A DNA stretch of 64,000 nucleotides from Phallusia mammillata (taxonomy: Eukaryota), in contig OZ281500.1 of assembly GCA_965637545.1 (NCBI GenBank), positions 5,332,001-5,396,000 on the forward strand. The letters run 5' to 3'. This document shows positions 1 through 11,010 of the stretch, in pieces; position 1 is the stretch's first letter; each line of letters starts with the position of its first letter. The translations under genes were made by a program, and so were the position numbers. Under the pieces are notes generated by a model that had not been told where the DNA came from, made no database searches, and saw only the letters and a program-made list of their open reading frames with translations.

Positions 1-1287
1 TGACCGGAAACAAATTTAGACGACTCTAGTTTACAGAGGCAAAGTTTTTTTAAACAAAGCGACAGCAAGATAAAAAGCCTTGGCATAGCACAAGTGGTTT
101 AAAAATACTACAGTAAACAGAAAGTTTGAATAAATAGATTGTGTTAGTCGAAAAAGAGTGCTTTGCGAAATTTACCTTTCAAAAACCATCAACCAAACGG
201 TGAAATATCGGAAAGAGAAATATTTACAAGACTTTTTCAGGAGCAATTAAACTTTTTCGTTCGCTCAGCTTCGTCACAAACTGCATTACTTTGATAAAAC
301 TTCAGTTGACCAGTTTGTTGAAAAGATTTTACCGCTCAATCTAAGCACATACAAACTTTACAACGGTACCAACCCTACCGTAAAACGAGTTGTGAAATTC
401 CCATGGGCAAATATTTTTTAGCCGTTTGTGAACGTGATTAAACCATTAAATTTTGTCTGTTTACCCAAACATTTCCATTAGCTTGTATAACAGCCCAGTA
501 ACTGCCATGTAACAAAGAGCATCAAAACTTTACGACAACGGTAACCAAAAACTTCCACAAAAGTACATTTACAGACAATTAGTTTCAAAATTTACCACAA
601 CAGGATCCTAAATCAACTATTAAAAGAGCGCGGTAAACCAAGCTAAATGATCGATTAATAACCGTTTGCCGATTTTTTATCGATGGAACGTACTTCAGTC
701 TTATATGGACGACAACAGCCTAAACTAAAAAAAAGTGGGTAAATCACAAAGTGGGTAAATCACAGTCTTGGGCCAAAAACAAAACGAAAAAACGTTGGAT
801 AAATGCGATTTAAATCAAACAGTAACGGTGTGTGAATATATTTAGGATCCATAACTCCATAGGACAAGTTTGCAGAAAGCATTTTATTACATATTTTTGC
901 TTGGTTACAATTGACCCAATTGAATTGTTTTAAAGTGGATGTCACGTACCGGTTTTCACGGGTACGCAAAAGTTTGGGACTGACTATCGGAAGTTCCTTA
1001 ACAGCTAACGCTCGTGTACTCTGATCGGCAGCAACACTTTTCTTTTACATTTATTCACGTCCAACCACACGTAATCAAAACAACAAACAAACAATCCAGC
1101 ACTACTTTTCAGTTATCTCTCAATTCTATCTTATATTATATGTCTCTTTTTTAAATCGTTAGATAGGGGCGCTTATATGTCTTGCATTACAATGACCGGG
1201 AAAAGGCGTTAATTCGCTGTGACCATTTCCTACAAATAAAACAATGAACTCTGCAACGGGCAACGGCGACGCGATAAAATTGGGACA

Positions 1288-2694
1288 CTATAACAATGAC
1301 AACACAATAGCGCTTGCAACGATAGACTCCAGACGTACAGAAATTGTCCGTGATGCGTTGTAACTGGGTCGCAGGATATTGTCATGGGGCGGTCTAGAAC
1401 ATTTGTGACACAACCCCGTTTTTGAAAGGAGATTTTCTTCAAACAAGAAAATTTCGCGCAATTTAGCACAAATGTTCTCACAACTCATTAGTGTCACCCG
1501 AAAGTGAAAGCTTTTGCATCCTGAAGGTATTGCTTTCTCTATCCAATGTTTTCTTTCTTTGGTTTCTTTCTGCTTACTTCTGCACTTGGACAACGTGTGG
1601 AAATCCCCCCGGAAGTAACATGGCTTGGAATCTCGGAAAGATGATTCCGCAAATTGGTCACCTGACTGCATTGGTTGTTCCATCTGTAGGTGGGTTGTGA
1701 TGCACGGCAGGACAGGGCTAAATGTGATTTGGAAGTTGCACTCACTGGTCGGCGCTAAACCGAGACTGCCATCAGTTGGTTCCTCGAGAATTTGTTGCAA
1801 TGAAGAAATAGACTGTTTCTCATCCAGCATTTGCACCTCAACACTAGGGCGATTCTGAACCAATTCTTGATCTTGCACATCGACGACTGTGTTTGATATG
1901 GCGCTCTTCTCCGTCGTCTTTTGTATTGAAGCAACAATCCCGCATCCCTCTTCTGTATGCAATTGCATATTGACCTGCTCCTGCGACAAGTCTGCGTCTT
2001 GCCCGCCGGTCTTCGTTTGCATCGTGTCGTTTTGCTCCGTCGCTTGCTGTGTCACAGAACCTGACTCTTCTTTGTCACATATCTCCACTTCCGTTTCAAT
2101 GCGACCCTGCGACAAATCCTTATTTTCCTCGTCTAGCGATTTGACGTTTTGCTCCACTGAACCGCAGGTTTCCGTCCTCTCAACAGCAGTTGTCACAAGC
2201 CTTTTATTCATTGGTTCTGGAATGCGCTCTTGCTCATCTTCCACCAGGTGGACACGATCCAGGTCGACTTTCTCCTTGTTTGTTTTTTCTCTACGGCGGT
2301 TCATAGCTTCCAGATCAAGCTCAAGCTTCTTCATAGCCAGCTCGTGTTCGCGGACTTGTCGCCGTTCTTCCCTTTCGGCGTCAAGTTTTCTCTGCTCGAC
2401 CTCGGCGTCATGCTTTCTCTGCTCGGCTTCAAGCTTCCTCTGCTCGGCGCCAAGTTTTCTCTGCTCGACCTCGGCGTCATGCTTTCTCTGCTCGGCTTCA
2501 AGCTTCCTCTGCTCGGCGTCAAGTTTCCTCTGCTCGACCTCGGCGTCAAGCTTTATCTGCTCGGCTTCACGGTTAAACCTCCTTTCCTCACGTTCTTCTT
2601 CCTTATTCATTTGCTCATCGACGTATCGACGCAAGCCTTCGTCAACAAGTCCCAACTGTTTTCCCGTCTCCACGTACCGATTTACAGACGCCAT
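1288..2694 (-). CDS. Gag-like ORF (468 aa) of the LTR element, with a coiled-coil repeat N-terminus
   Basis: ATG lies just downstream of the PBS. The N-terminus (GKQLGL..EGLRRYVDEQ...ERE...REHELAMKKLELE-type) resembles Gypsy gag starts from memory. Degenerate Cys/His remnant CYFRGDFHTLSKC. The ORF runs into the 3' LTR. Confidence 0.7.
   Translation of the reverse strand: MASVNRYVETGKQLGLVDEGLRRYVDEQMNKEEEREERRFNREAEQIKLDAEVEQRKLDAEQRKLEAEQRKHDAEVEQRKLGAEQRKLEAEQRKHDAEVEQRKLDAEREERRQVREHELAMKKLELDLEAMNRRREKTNKEKVDLDRVHLVEDEQERIPEPMNKRLVTTAVERTETCGSVEQNVKSLDEENKDLSQGRIETEVEICDKEESGSVTQQATEQNDTMQTKTGGQDADLSQEQVNMQLHTEEGCGIVASIQKTTEKSAISNTVVDVQDQELVQNRPSVEVQMLDEKQSISSLQQILEEPTDGSLGLAPTSECNFQITFSPVLPCITTHLQMEQPMQSGDQFAESSFRDSKPCYFRGDFHTLSKCRSKQKETKERKHWIEKAIPSGCKSFHFRVTLMSCENICAKLREIFLFEENLLSKTGLCHKCSRPPHDNILRPSYNASRTISVRLESIVASAIVLSLL
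2380..2570 (-). repeat. Coding tandem repeat, 69-bp period (7/7/9-aa subunits EQRKL(D/E/G)A)
   Basis: CTGCTCGAC recurs at 2392, 2461 and 2530; about 2.7 copies inside the gag ORF. Confidence 0.9.
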
Positions 2695-2740
2695 TGCCGA
2701 TCTTACAAGGGTTAGTGTTCAACTTCGCTTTTAAGTCAGT

Positions 2741-2758
2741 TCCCGGACGAGCCCCAGA
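2741..2758 (-). promoter_or_regulatory. Primer-binding site, tRNA-Pro type
   Basis: The plus strand reads TCCCGGACGAGCCCCA, matching the 3' end of eukaryotic tRNA-Pro (one C short), directly adjacent to the 5' LTR. Confidence 0.85.
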
Positions 2759-5013
2759 TGTCACGTACCGGTTTTCACGGGTACGCAAAAGTTTGGGACT
2801 GACTATCGGAAGTTCCTTAACAGCTAACGCTAGTGTACTCTGATCGGCAGCAACACTTTTCTTTTACATTTATTCACGTCCAACCACACGTAATCAAAAC
2901 AACAAACAAACAATCCAGCACTACTTTTCAGTTATCTCTCAATTCTATCTTATATTATATGTCTCTTTTTTAAATCATTAGATTGGGGCGCTTATATGTC
3001 TTGCATTACAATGACCGGGAAAAATGCGTTAATTCGCTGTGACCATTTCCTACAAATAAAACAATGAACTCTGCAACGGGCAACGGCGACGCGATAAAAT
3101 TGGGACACTACAACAATGACAACACAATAGCGCCTGCAACGATAGACTCCAGACGTACAGAAATGCGTTGTAACTGGGTCGCAGGATATTGTCATGGGGC
3201 GGTCTAGAACATTTGTGACAGTGGAATTATTAAGAAAGTTGAATAACGCAGACCCGTGTTTTGCCCAGCACCAACAAGCTTTCACTACAGTAGCTTTACT
3301 TAGGATTCTAAAAAAATCGCAACAGAGTTAAAATATGTCAGTTAGACGTCTAAGAAACTTCTAATATGTCCGCCACCATGTAATGATCAGACGAGAAAGC
3401 AAAATACACTTTTATCTTTGATTGTGCTTTGCGTAACCTGTAAAATGTAATTTAACGTCAATAAAGTCAAATACCGCACTGAGACTTGGGCAAAACATGG
3501 AAAAAAGCAAGAAACTGCCTATTTGTTCGCAACCATGTAATAATCAGCCGAGAATAGCAATGTGCACTAGCAACAGAAACGAACTTACAAACAAACAAAA
3601 GTAGAACGTATGGAAACTCATTCAGATGTTAGAGTTTCAAATGCAAGGGTTGCACGTTATCATATATGGCTAGGGAGTCGACAGACAAGTGCTATAGTGA
3701 AAGTATGCAGAAGGCTGACGTTATACGTGCAAAGACACAAAACGCATCATTTGTTTATTGTTTTAGAACAGAGCATTTAATTGTTTTCGCTCGACAACGG
3801 ATATTCAATATTAAAACAAAGTATGAAACTAAAACCAAAATTTGCCAACAATCGATTGTAGCTCTTGGTCCCAACAAATTATAGCTAATACACAACTATT
3901 CATAATGACAACAATGTAATCAGTTTAAACGACTTGTTTATTTGAGGGTTAATGAAAAATCTTCATGTTAAAACAATGATAGCAACCGCAAACCTACCAT
4001 AACCGTTACGCACAAAAGTTATTTTTCATTATTTTCACATCGTCACGTTAGCCTGCCCAACGTTGTAAACAGGCCTAAAATTAGAGCCGAAACCCATCCC
4101 AAACACAAATCGTTTTGGAAAAGCTCAATTAGGCCCGAAAGTTTGATCGACGAGGTATTAAAGCCCTAGGAAAGACCAACACAACAAACACAATAGACAA
4201 GTGGTTTTGAACAGGGCGTTTTAGGGCTTTTTGACATTAGGTTAGGTCCTGCAACTGGCTACTTAGCTAGTTAAATTTAGTTAAAAAATACTGATACAAA
4301 CCGTAAAGTCAAACCCAAATCATTCCTGTTGTTTTTAAGAAACCTAGCCTGAATCCGGCTCGACCTACAACCCTGAGCCCGACAGCCATAGAGCGTGAAA
4401 CTTTGACCTCAGTTTACTGATAAGCACTAAAGCAACGAACAAACACAAACTTTACCACAACACGTCCAAAATTCAACCATAAAAACAGTTGCAAAACACC
4501 TCGATCACAGCCAAATATTGACATGTCGTTGTTTACTATTTCTTAAAATTTCCCAATGGTTTATCTCGTTCGCGAGTTTATTACTGCCGGAAGCTCAAAT
4601 AAACAGCTATAATTTGCCTTATAAAAACTGAAATTGAACAATGCACTGGAGCAGGAGTCCAAATCCGCTGCAAGAGTAGTTATAAAACACCACAGAAACA
4701 AATAAATAAGGTATGTGCAGAGTAAAAAAGGAAATTATAATAATCTTTCTTAAATGTTCAAGTTATGAGAAAATAGTTAATAAAACTAAGTTGGTACGTC
4801 ATGAAATGCCTAAAATTATTTTCCATTTTGCTACTGCACAAATACTTCCTCTTGGTAAACGTGCAGGGGGTAATTCAGCTATAGCTATGTACACATCAGA
4901 TCGCAGAACAAAGTTCAAAAACACTTCACATATTGGCAGAAAGTCTATCGTTGCGTCATGCTAGCTGTAGTTTGTTATCAAAACGATCAGCTTTTTTAAT
5001 TGAAGAATACGCG

Positions 5014-6817
5014 ATGGATTATGTACGAATTCTAGTAGTTTGGTTCGCCTTGACCGGTGTGTCTTTGGCAGAAGAAATGGTGACAACAGCAGTACCCAAT
5101 AATGTAAATGAACCTCAGTCGTGTAGCTGTGAGGATTTAAGCAATCTTGAAAAGGTGGTGATGGTTATGCAGGAAGGCTTAATGGATTGGAAGGCAAGAA
5201 AAACAGAACAAAGGGGTTTGAGCAGATTTAACAACATTGTGCCTATTACAAGACATTGATTGTTTTAAACCTTTCACTAAAGCGCAATATATATTGCTTT
5301 CTGTAACTATAAACAAGCACATTAAAATACTAGTTCCAGGCCAAAAAAGACGATTTATGCATGACAACATCACACATTGTTTTGCATTGAATCAACCAAA
5401 CCTTAAATTAAACACTTTTGTTTGAAGATCGCCTTAAAAACACGACTTGTGAGGAAATTTGGAAAAGCGGTGTGACTGAAAGTGGAGTTTACCCCATTTA
5501 TCCGTTCCATGACCGCAGCAAATCTCTCGATGTATATTGTGATTTTACAATTGATCTACCAGGGTGGATAGTAAGTTTTTTTTGTCAGTGTTGGAATTTT
5601 AAATATTCGATCTAAACTCTGAATCGACAACTGAGGTTCCGTCGTATTTCTAAATAAACCTTAGTTGTCGACTGTAATTTTGAAGTTTGTCGATTTGCCT
5701 AAGTGACATTTTGCAGACCTTTCAACGCCGAATAGATGGATCTGAAAACTTTTATCGGTACTGGGACGACTACGTGAGTGGATTTGGACATTTGAATGCA
5801 GAGTTTTGGATGGGTATGTCTTTTATTCACCTGCAAAAAATCCACGTTAATTGGTTTATTTTACTACAGAATGTTCTTGTTTTTGTATCATTTTTTTTGT
5901 TCGTTTCGATAAAATGAAACTAGTTATCACACGTCTTTAGTGTATAGTGTACAAAAATGAGCAAACAAATCACTTTCGCCATTACGTCTCAAACTCAAAG
6001 GATGGAGTTCATTTAGGCATGTAATGTATTTGAAGCACGCACAGCGCAATGAAGGGTGGTTTTTATTTTATGACACAGAAGTTTTCAGTTGCGAACCTTA
6101 ACCAAAATAATAGTAGCTGTAACATGCTGAAAAAAAAAACAGTTTTACACCACCCTTCGTTTTGTAGCATTTGTTCAATGTATAGCATTGTGTTTACTTG
6201 GACCATTCTGGCGCATCGCTCGAAATAATGTAGACACCGTGTTTGATGCTGTATATTTGTACAGGATTGGAAACTCTGCACCAACTCACTTCAGAGCGAG
6301 AATACGAACTCAGAGTAGATATGGAAGATTTTGAGGGACAAACCAGATTCGCAAAATACAGGTATCTATTTTGGTGATCTAGAGTTGTTATAAAAAACTT
6401 TTCAGTCGTTTCATATTCCACGGCCCAAATCTGTTTCTAGTACATTTAAAGTGGGAGACGGAATAGGCTACACTCTCCAGGTCAATGGGTATTCCGGAAA
6501 CGCAGGTTTGATATACCCACGCAAGTAAACATACATTTTAATTAAAAAAAAACTGTGATTAATGTACAGGTGATGCAATGGCAATTCATAACAGAATGAA
6601 GTTTACAACAAGAGACAAGGACCAAGACCACGCACCACACAACTGTGCCTCAAAATTCCAAGGAGCTTGGTGGTATAACTACTGCCACGAAACCAACCCA
6701 AACGGATTGTATTTGGCAGGACCCCATCACTCTTTTGCTGATGGTGTTGAGTGGTATACATGGCATGGACACTATTACTCGCTTAAAAGAATTGAATTCA
6801 AAATCAGAACCAAGTAG
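5014..6817 (+). CDS. FReD lectin gene A (class 1 N-terminus), secreted fibrinogen-domain protein, ~283 aa if the 5215/5216 donor is used
   Basis: Exons: 5014-5215 (or 5193), 5428-5570, 5717-5813, 6265-6361, 6441-6505, 6570-6817. Signal peptide, SCSC, then FReD motifs [58 protein letters not shown]. Exons 2-6 have no stops. Confidence 0.8.
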
Positions 6818-7122
6818 TAGGGTTTTTGCAGCAATCATAATTTCTATCAAGTTCGGTTAATTCATTGATGATAATAATCATACATAAAACAATTTAATAA
6901 GGTACAATAGAAAATTTCAATTTGGTGTTGATAAAAAAAAGTGAAAACGCTATTTATGGATCCTGTTGATAAATTGTATGAAGATTAGTTTGTCACTAGT
7001 TGTTACAAGAGGAAGGCAATGGTAAAATTTGGGTTTAAAATAAAATTAGTCTCTATCGTGGCCACAAACCATAAGACGAAGGCACAACTGAATATTTATA
7101 TCTGGACATGTAAACAAATTTA

Positions 7123-7171
7123 AAGTAGGCATGGAAGATTTTGAGGGACAAACAAGATACGCAAAATACAG
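7123..7171 (+). pseudogene. Orphan 3' half of FReD exon 4
   Basis: ATGGAAGATTTTGAGGGACAAACAAGATACGCAAAATACAG|GTATC ([13 protein letters not shown]) with an intact donor and no neighbouring exons. Duplicate at 27056-27104. Confidence 0.85.
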
Positions 7172-8325
7172 GTATCAGCTATGGTAATGTACAGAAGTTG
7201 ATGTTAAAAACGTTTCAGAACTTAGTCGCTTTTGCAAACGAACGTTCAATTGGTAAGAACTCGTTTCAAATACACTAGTTACCCAAAACAATAGAACGAC
7301 TTTTGTTCAGCAAATACCGTTGTTCTCACGATAACGCTCGAGTCATGATCAAGTGGCTTAGACCTCCTGCGATCGACAGGCACCGCATAACACACGAACT
7401 AAAATCCAATAATACAAGTTAACATACTTGTACTAAAAAACAAGTCCAAATCAGTCTAAAAACAAGTTCAAATCTGCCTGAAAAAACAAGTCTGTACATG
7501 CCAAATGGCATACTTAGTATATTTAGGATATTACAAACAACTTCCAAACTTTACCACTACAGGATCCTAAATCAACTTCAAAAGCAGTTGCAAAACACCT
7601 CGATCACAACCAAATATTGACACGTCGTTATTTACAACGTCATCGAAATTTCCACATGGTTTTTCCCTGGTCGAGAATTTATTACTGCCGTAAGCTCAGT
7701 TAAACAGCTATAAACTGCCACGTAAAACTAAAATACAACAGTGTACTTGAATAAAAGTTCAAATTCACTATAAAAGTAGTTAAAAAACAAATAGCCTGCC
7801 GTACATATACAATCTGATTTGATAGAAACAAGACAAAAAGAATAACATTTTAATAGTAGGTAGCTAAACCAAACCATCTCAAATGTTCAAGAAAAAAGTT
7901 ATTACAACAAAGTTTGAAGTTATAAAAAGCGTAAAAATATTCTTTGCGCTAGTGTAGTAATGTCGTAAATTGACTGTGGGGAGGAGAGGTACATTAGTTA
8001 CGACGATATAGGTACACACATCGAATTGTAAATTAAAGCTCGTAAAATGAACCTAATACATTGACAATGAGTTTTTTTTATTTATTCCCTTGTTCATCGT
8101 GCACTTTACTACGCACATTCAGTGTTATTTGCCCTAAGGAAGGCGACCTGCATAGGACGTCGCAACGTCAGTTCCAAATACATTTGCCAGAAGAGGTCTG
8201 TATAGATTATATTATGTCTAGTAGAAACAGCTAATAAATGACCAAGAGTTTGTTTGTCTCTGCGCGATGCTAGTTGTAGTTTTTTAGCCAAATGATCGGT
8301 TATTTTTACTTTGACAGAAACCGTG

Positions 8326-10039
8326 ATGGGTTTTGTACGAATTCTAGCAGTTTGGTTTGCCGTAACAGGTGCATCTTTGGCGGAAGAAATGATGACAACA
8401 GCAGTGTCTGATAACACTCTGTCTAAATGAACCTCGGTCGTGTAGCTGTGAGGATTTAAACAATCTTGAAAATGTGATGACGGTCATGCAAAAACGGCTT
8501 GGTGCAATGCAGGAACAAGTACATGCATTGAAAGGCAAGAAAAACTGCAAATTTATCGCTGTACTACATGCCTATGCAAACTACTTTGGTGTTACAAACG
8601 CAAAGTTTCACATCGGTTAACTTACACTTGTAGGAATCACAATAGGCATCACCAAACGAAAACCAGGTTACAGACGCCGGTACAACAAAAAAATAATAGA
8701 ATGCTGATCATATCGATTCAAACTCACATTATGCACCGCAAACTTCGTTGTTTTGGCAGTGCAGTTAAGTAGTTAAAACATAACTAATTTCAAGCGACCT
8801 AACACATTGAACTCTTTTTGTGTTTTGTTATCAACCAAAACCTTGCACATGTTTGCAGATCTTCACAAAAACACGACTTGTGAGAAAGTTTGGAACAGCG
8901 GAGTAACCGAAAGTGGAGTTTACACAATTTATCCCTTCCATGATCGTACTAAACCTCTTGATGTATACTGTGATTCTACCACTGATCTACCAGGATGGAT
9001 AGTAAGTTTCCAGTATTACTTGTAGTGTTTTAGGTTATGACTGCTGTAGTGTAGTCAAGGCAATTTGTGCTCCTTTTTTTCGTTTAGACGTTTTAGCGCC
9101 GAATCGCCGAATCTGAAATTTTTTATCTGTACTGGAACGATTATGTGAACAGATTTGGGGATATGAATACAGAATTTGGATGGGTAAAGCATAAATCCGG
9201 ATGATTTAATGCTTCATGCCAGAAGTTTTTTGCAATCAGTATCATAATATTTCACTTTCTTTAATCGTTACAGTATTCACACCTAGATTGTTTTTTTTGT
9301 GTGACTTTTTTATCTTTTCGTTCAGTCCTAAAAGTGCCCAGAACAGTGTGCAAACACGTTAGTACTAACGCTTTTCTTTGCACAGGGTTGGAAGTTCTGT
9401 ACCAACTAACATCAAAGAGAAGATACGAACTGAGAGTGGACATGGAGTATTTTGAGGGAGAAACAAGATTCGCAAAATACAGGTAGCTGTGCAAGGAGTT
9501 GTTCCACTTTAATTATTCTTTTTATTTTGAAACCATTTTTCCTTAATATGCAAACAATTATGAAGTTACTGACACAAGGTATTGCATGTTTTTTGTTCAG
9601 CACGTTCAAAGTTGGGGAAGGAACTGGTTATGTCTTAAGTGTCTCTGGATACTCAGGCAATGCAGGTAAAGTATTTAAAAGCTGTACGTCATTTGAATGA
9701 TTATGGCTAAGGGTGAATAACACCAGTCTCTTTGTGACTAAATGACAAATTCAAATGTTTGCATAAACATGGGTTCCCATAACAGGAGAATAATTTTAGG
9801 AGACTGTTTGGAAAGGCACAACGGTTCGAAATTTTCGACAAGGGACAAAGAGATGCAAGTTCTTCTAGTTGTGCCTCACTATATAATGGAGCTGGGAGGT
9901 ACAACGCATGTCATTGCACAAACCCAGATGGATTATATCTGGGAGGCCCACATCATTCATACGCAGATGGTGTTGAATGGTATAAATGGCACGGGCAATA
10001 TTACTCACTCAAAAGACATTCAAAATCAGAGTCAAATAA
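8326..10039 (+). pseudogene. FReD pseudogene B (class 1)
   Basis: Exons: 8326-8534, 8859-9001, 9088-9183, 9386-9482, 9601-9665, 9800-10039. A 4-nt insertion in exon 1 gives an early TGA. TAG at 9094-9096. Exon 3 is 1 nt short. Exon 6 has several frameshifts. Confidence 0.92.
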
Positions 10040-10848
10040 CGATATATTATTTTGCACGTCCTACAATACAGTAGTTGCAATAACATTACATAGTGGCATT
10101 AAAATGATGCTTTGTACAATTTGACCTGAGTATAACCAATCGAATTCTCAATCATATTTTTCAAAGTAGCCCCAATCGCATTTTTCGAAGTAAAATGATT
10201 AAGAACGTGTACTGTATGCTGGTCTTTGTTTCAGAAAATAGAATGAAACTCTTGGAGGAGAAAAAATAAATTTGCATGTAGTGACACAAATCGACGAAAA
10301 GCGCAAAAATTTTCTCAGCGCAAATAAAAAACGTTTAGAAAATTGGTCCTCAAGCCAGTCAAGAAGAAAGTGACACTGGCAACACTAACAGGCACAATAA
10401 GCAAACTAAAGCATAATCTACAAAGTCATAGAACTGTGTTGTAACATATAGCTAAAGTACCGCGCTTTTCTTTTTAAATTTAGAAGAATATGAACCAAAT
10501 GAATTTCATCGTACGCCAAAAAAGACGTAAGTCGATAGTGACAACTTACAGTAACAAAACCTCTCTTTCATCATGCAGTTGTTTGAAGTGGAAAGTCAAG
10601 TACAAGTAACAGCATGCAGAAACACGGCACCTTCCTAATATTTTATGTGCCAGAGAACACAAGGTTATTTCTTACTTATTATTGAAAACGAAAGTAAGGA
10701 ACCTAACAAATACGATAACAACTGAAAAAAGGGTAACCAAAGAAGGAAGTCTGATAACTAAAACTGACAGGTGAAGTAATGCTTTCCCAACTATGATTAA
10801 AGAATTAAAAATTTTAACTTAAATACTGCACAAAAATATTTATTCTAG

Positions 10849-11010
10849 CTCATTTAAATTGAAAGCAGGAGATGGCTACACACTCCAAGTCAATGGGTAT
10901 TCAGAAAACGCAGGTTTGATTAACGGACACAATGAACTGTTTTAAAATAAAACTCTGTCGGTCATTTAACGGAATAATGGAATTAAGATTACAACAAGAA
11001 TCAGGAACAT
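10849..11010 (+). pseudogene. Orphan FReD exon 5 plus decayed start of exon 6
   Basis: An exact 65-nt exon, 10849-10913 ([21 protein letters not shown]), with AG and GTTTGA sites, followed by an AATAATGGAATTAAGATTACAACAAGA relic. Duplicate at 30775-30940. Confidence 0.85.

Larger units (their letters stand above)
940..3220 (-). mobile_element. Non-autonomous LTR retrotransposon (Gypsy-like, gag only, no pol)
   Basis: Direct-repeat LTRs at 940-1410 and 2759-3220 with TGTCAC...GTGACA ends. 5-bp TSD GTGGA at 935-939 and 3221-3225. The LTRs differ by about 6 substitutions plus one 9-bp indel. PBS next to the 2759 LTR. No RT/IN/protease motifs in the 1348-bp interior. Confidence 0.93.

Noticed and set aside
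1889-2734. 281-aa plus-strand ORF (and 2230-2715)
   Set aside because: Antisense shadow of the repetitive gag ORF; low-complexity S/L/C content and no independent signal.
2741-2758. Possible tRNA-Pro gene
   Set aside because: Only the 3'-terminal ~16 nt match; no cloverleaf. It is a PBS.
4050-4375. Possible MITE ending in CTACAACCCTG with CCCGA/GCCCGA-like motifs
   Set aside because: No convincing left TIR or TSD found; left unannotated.
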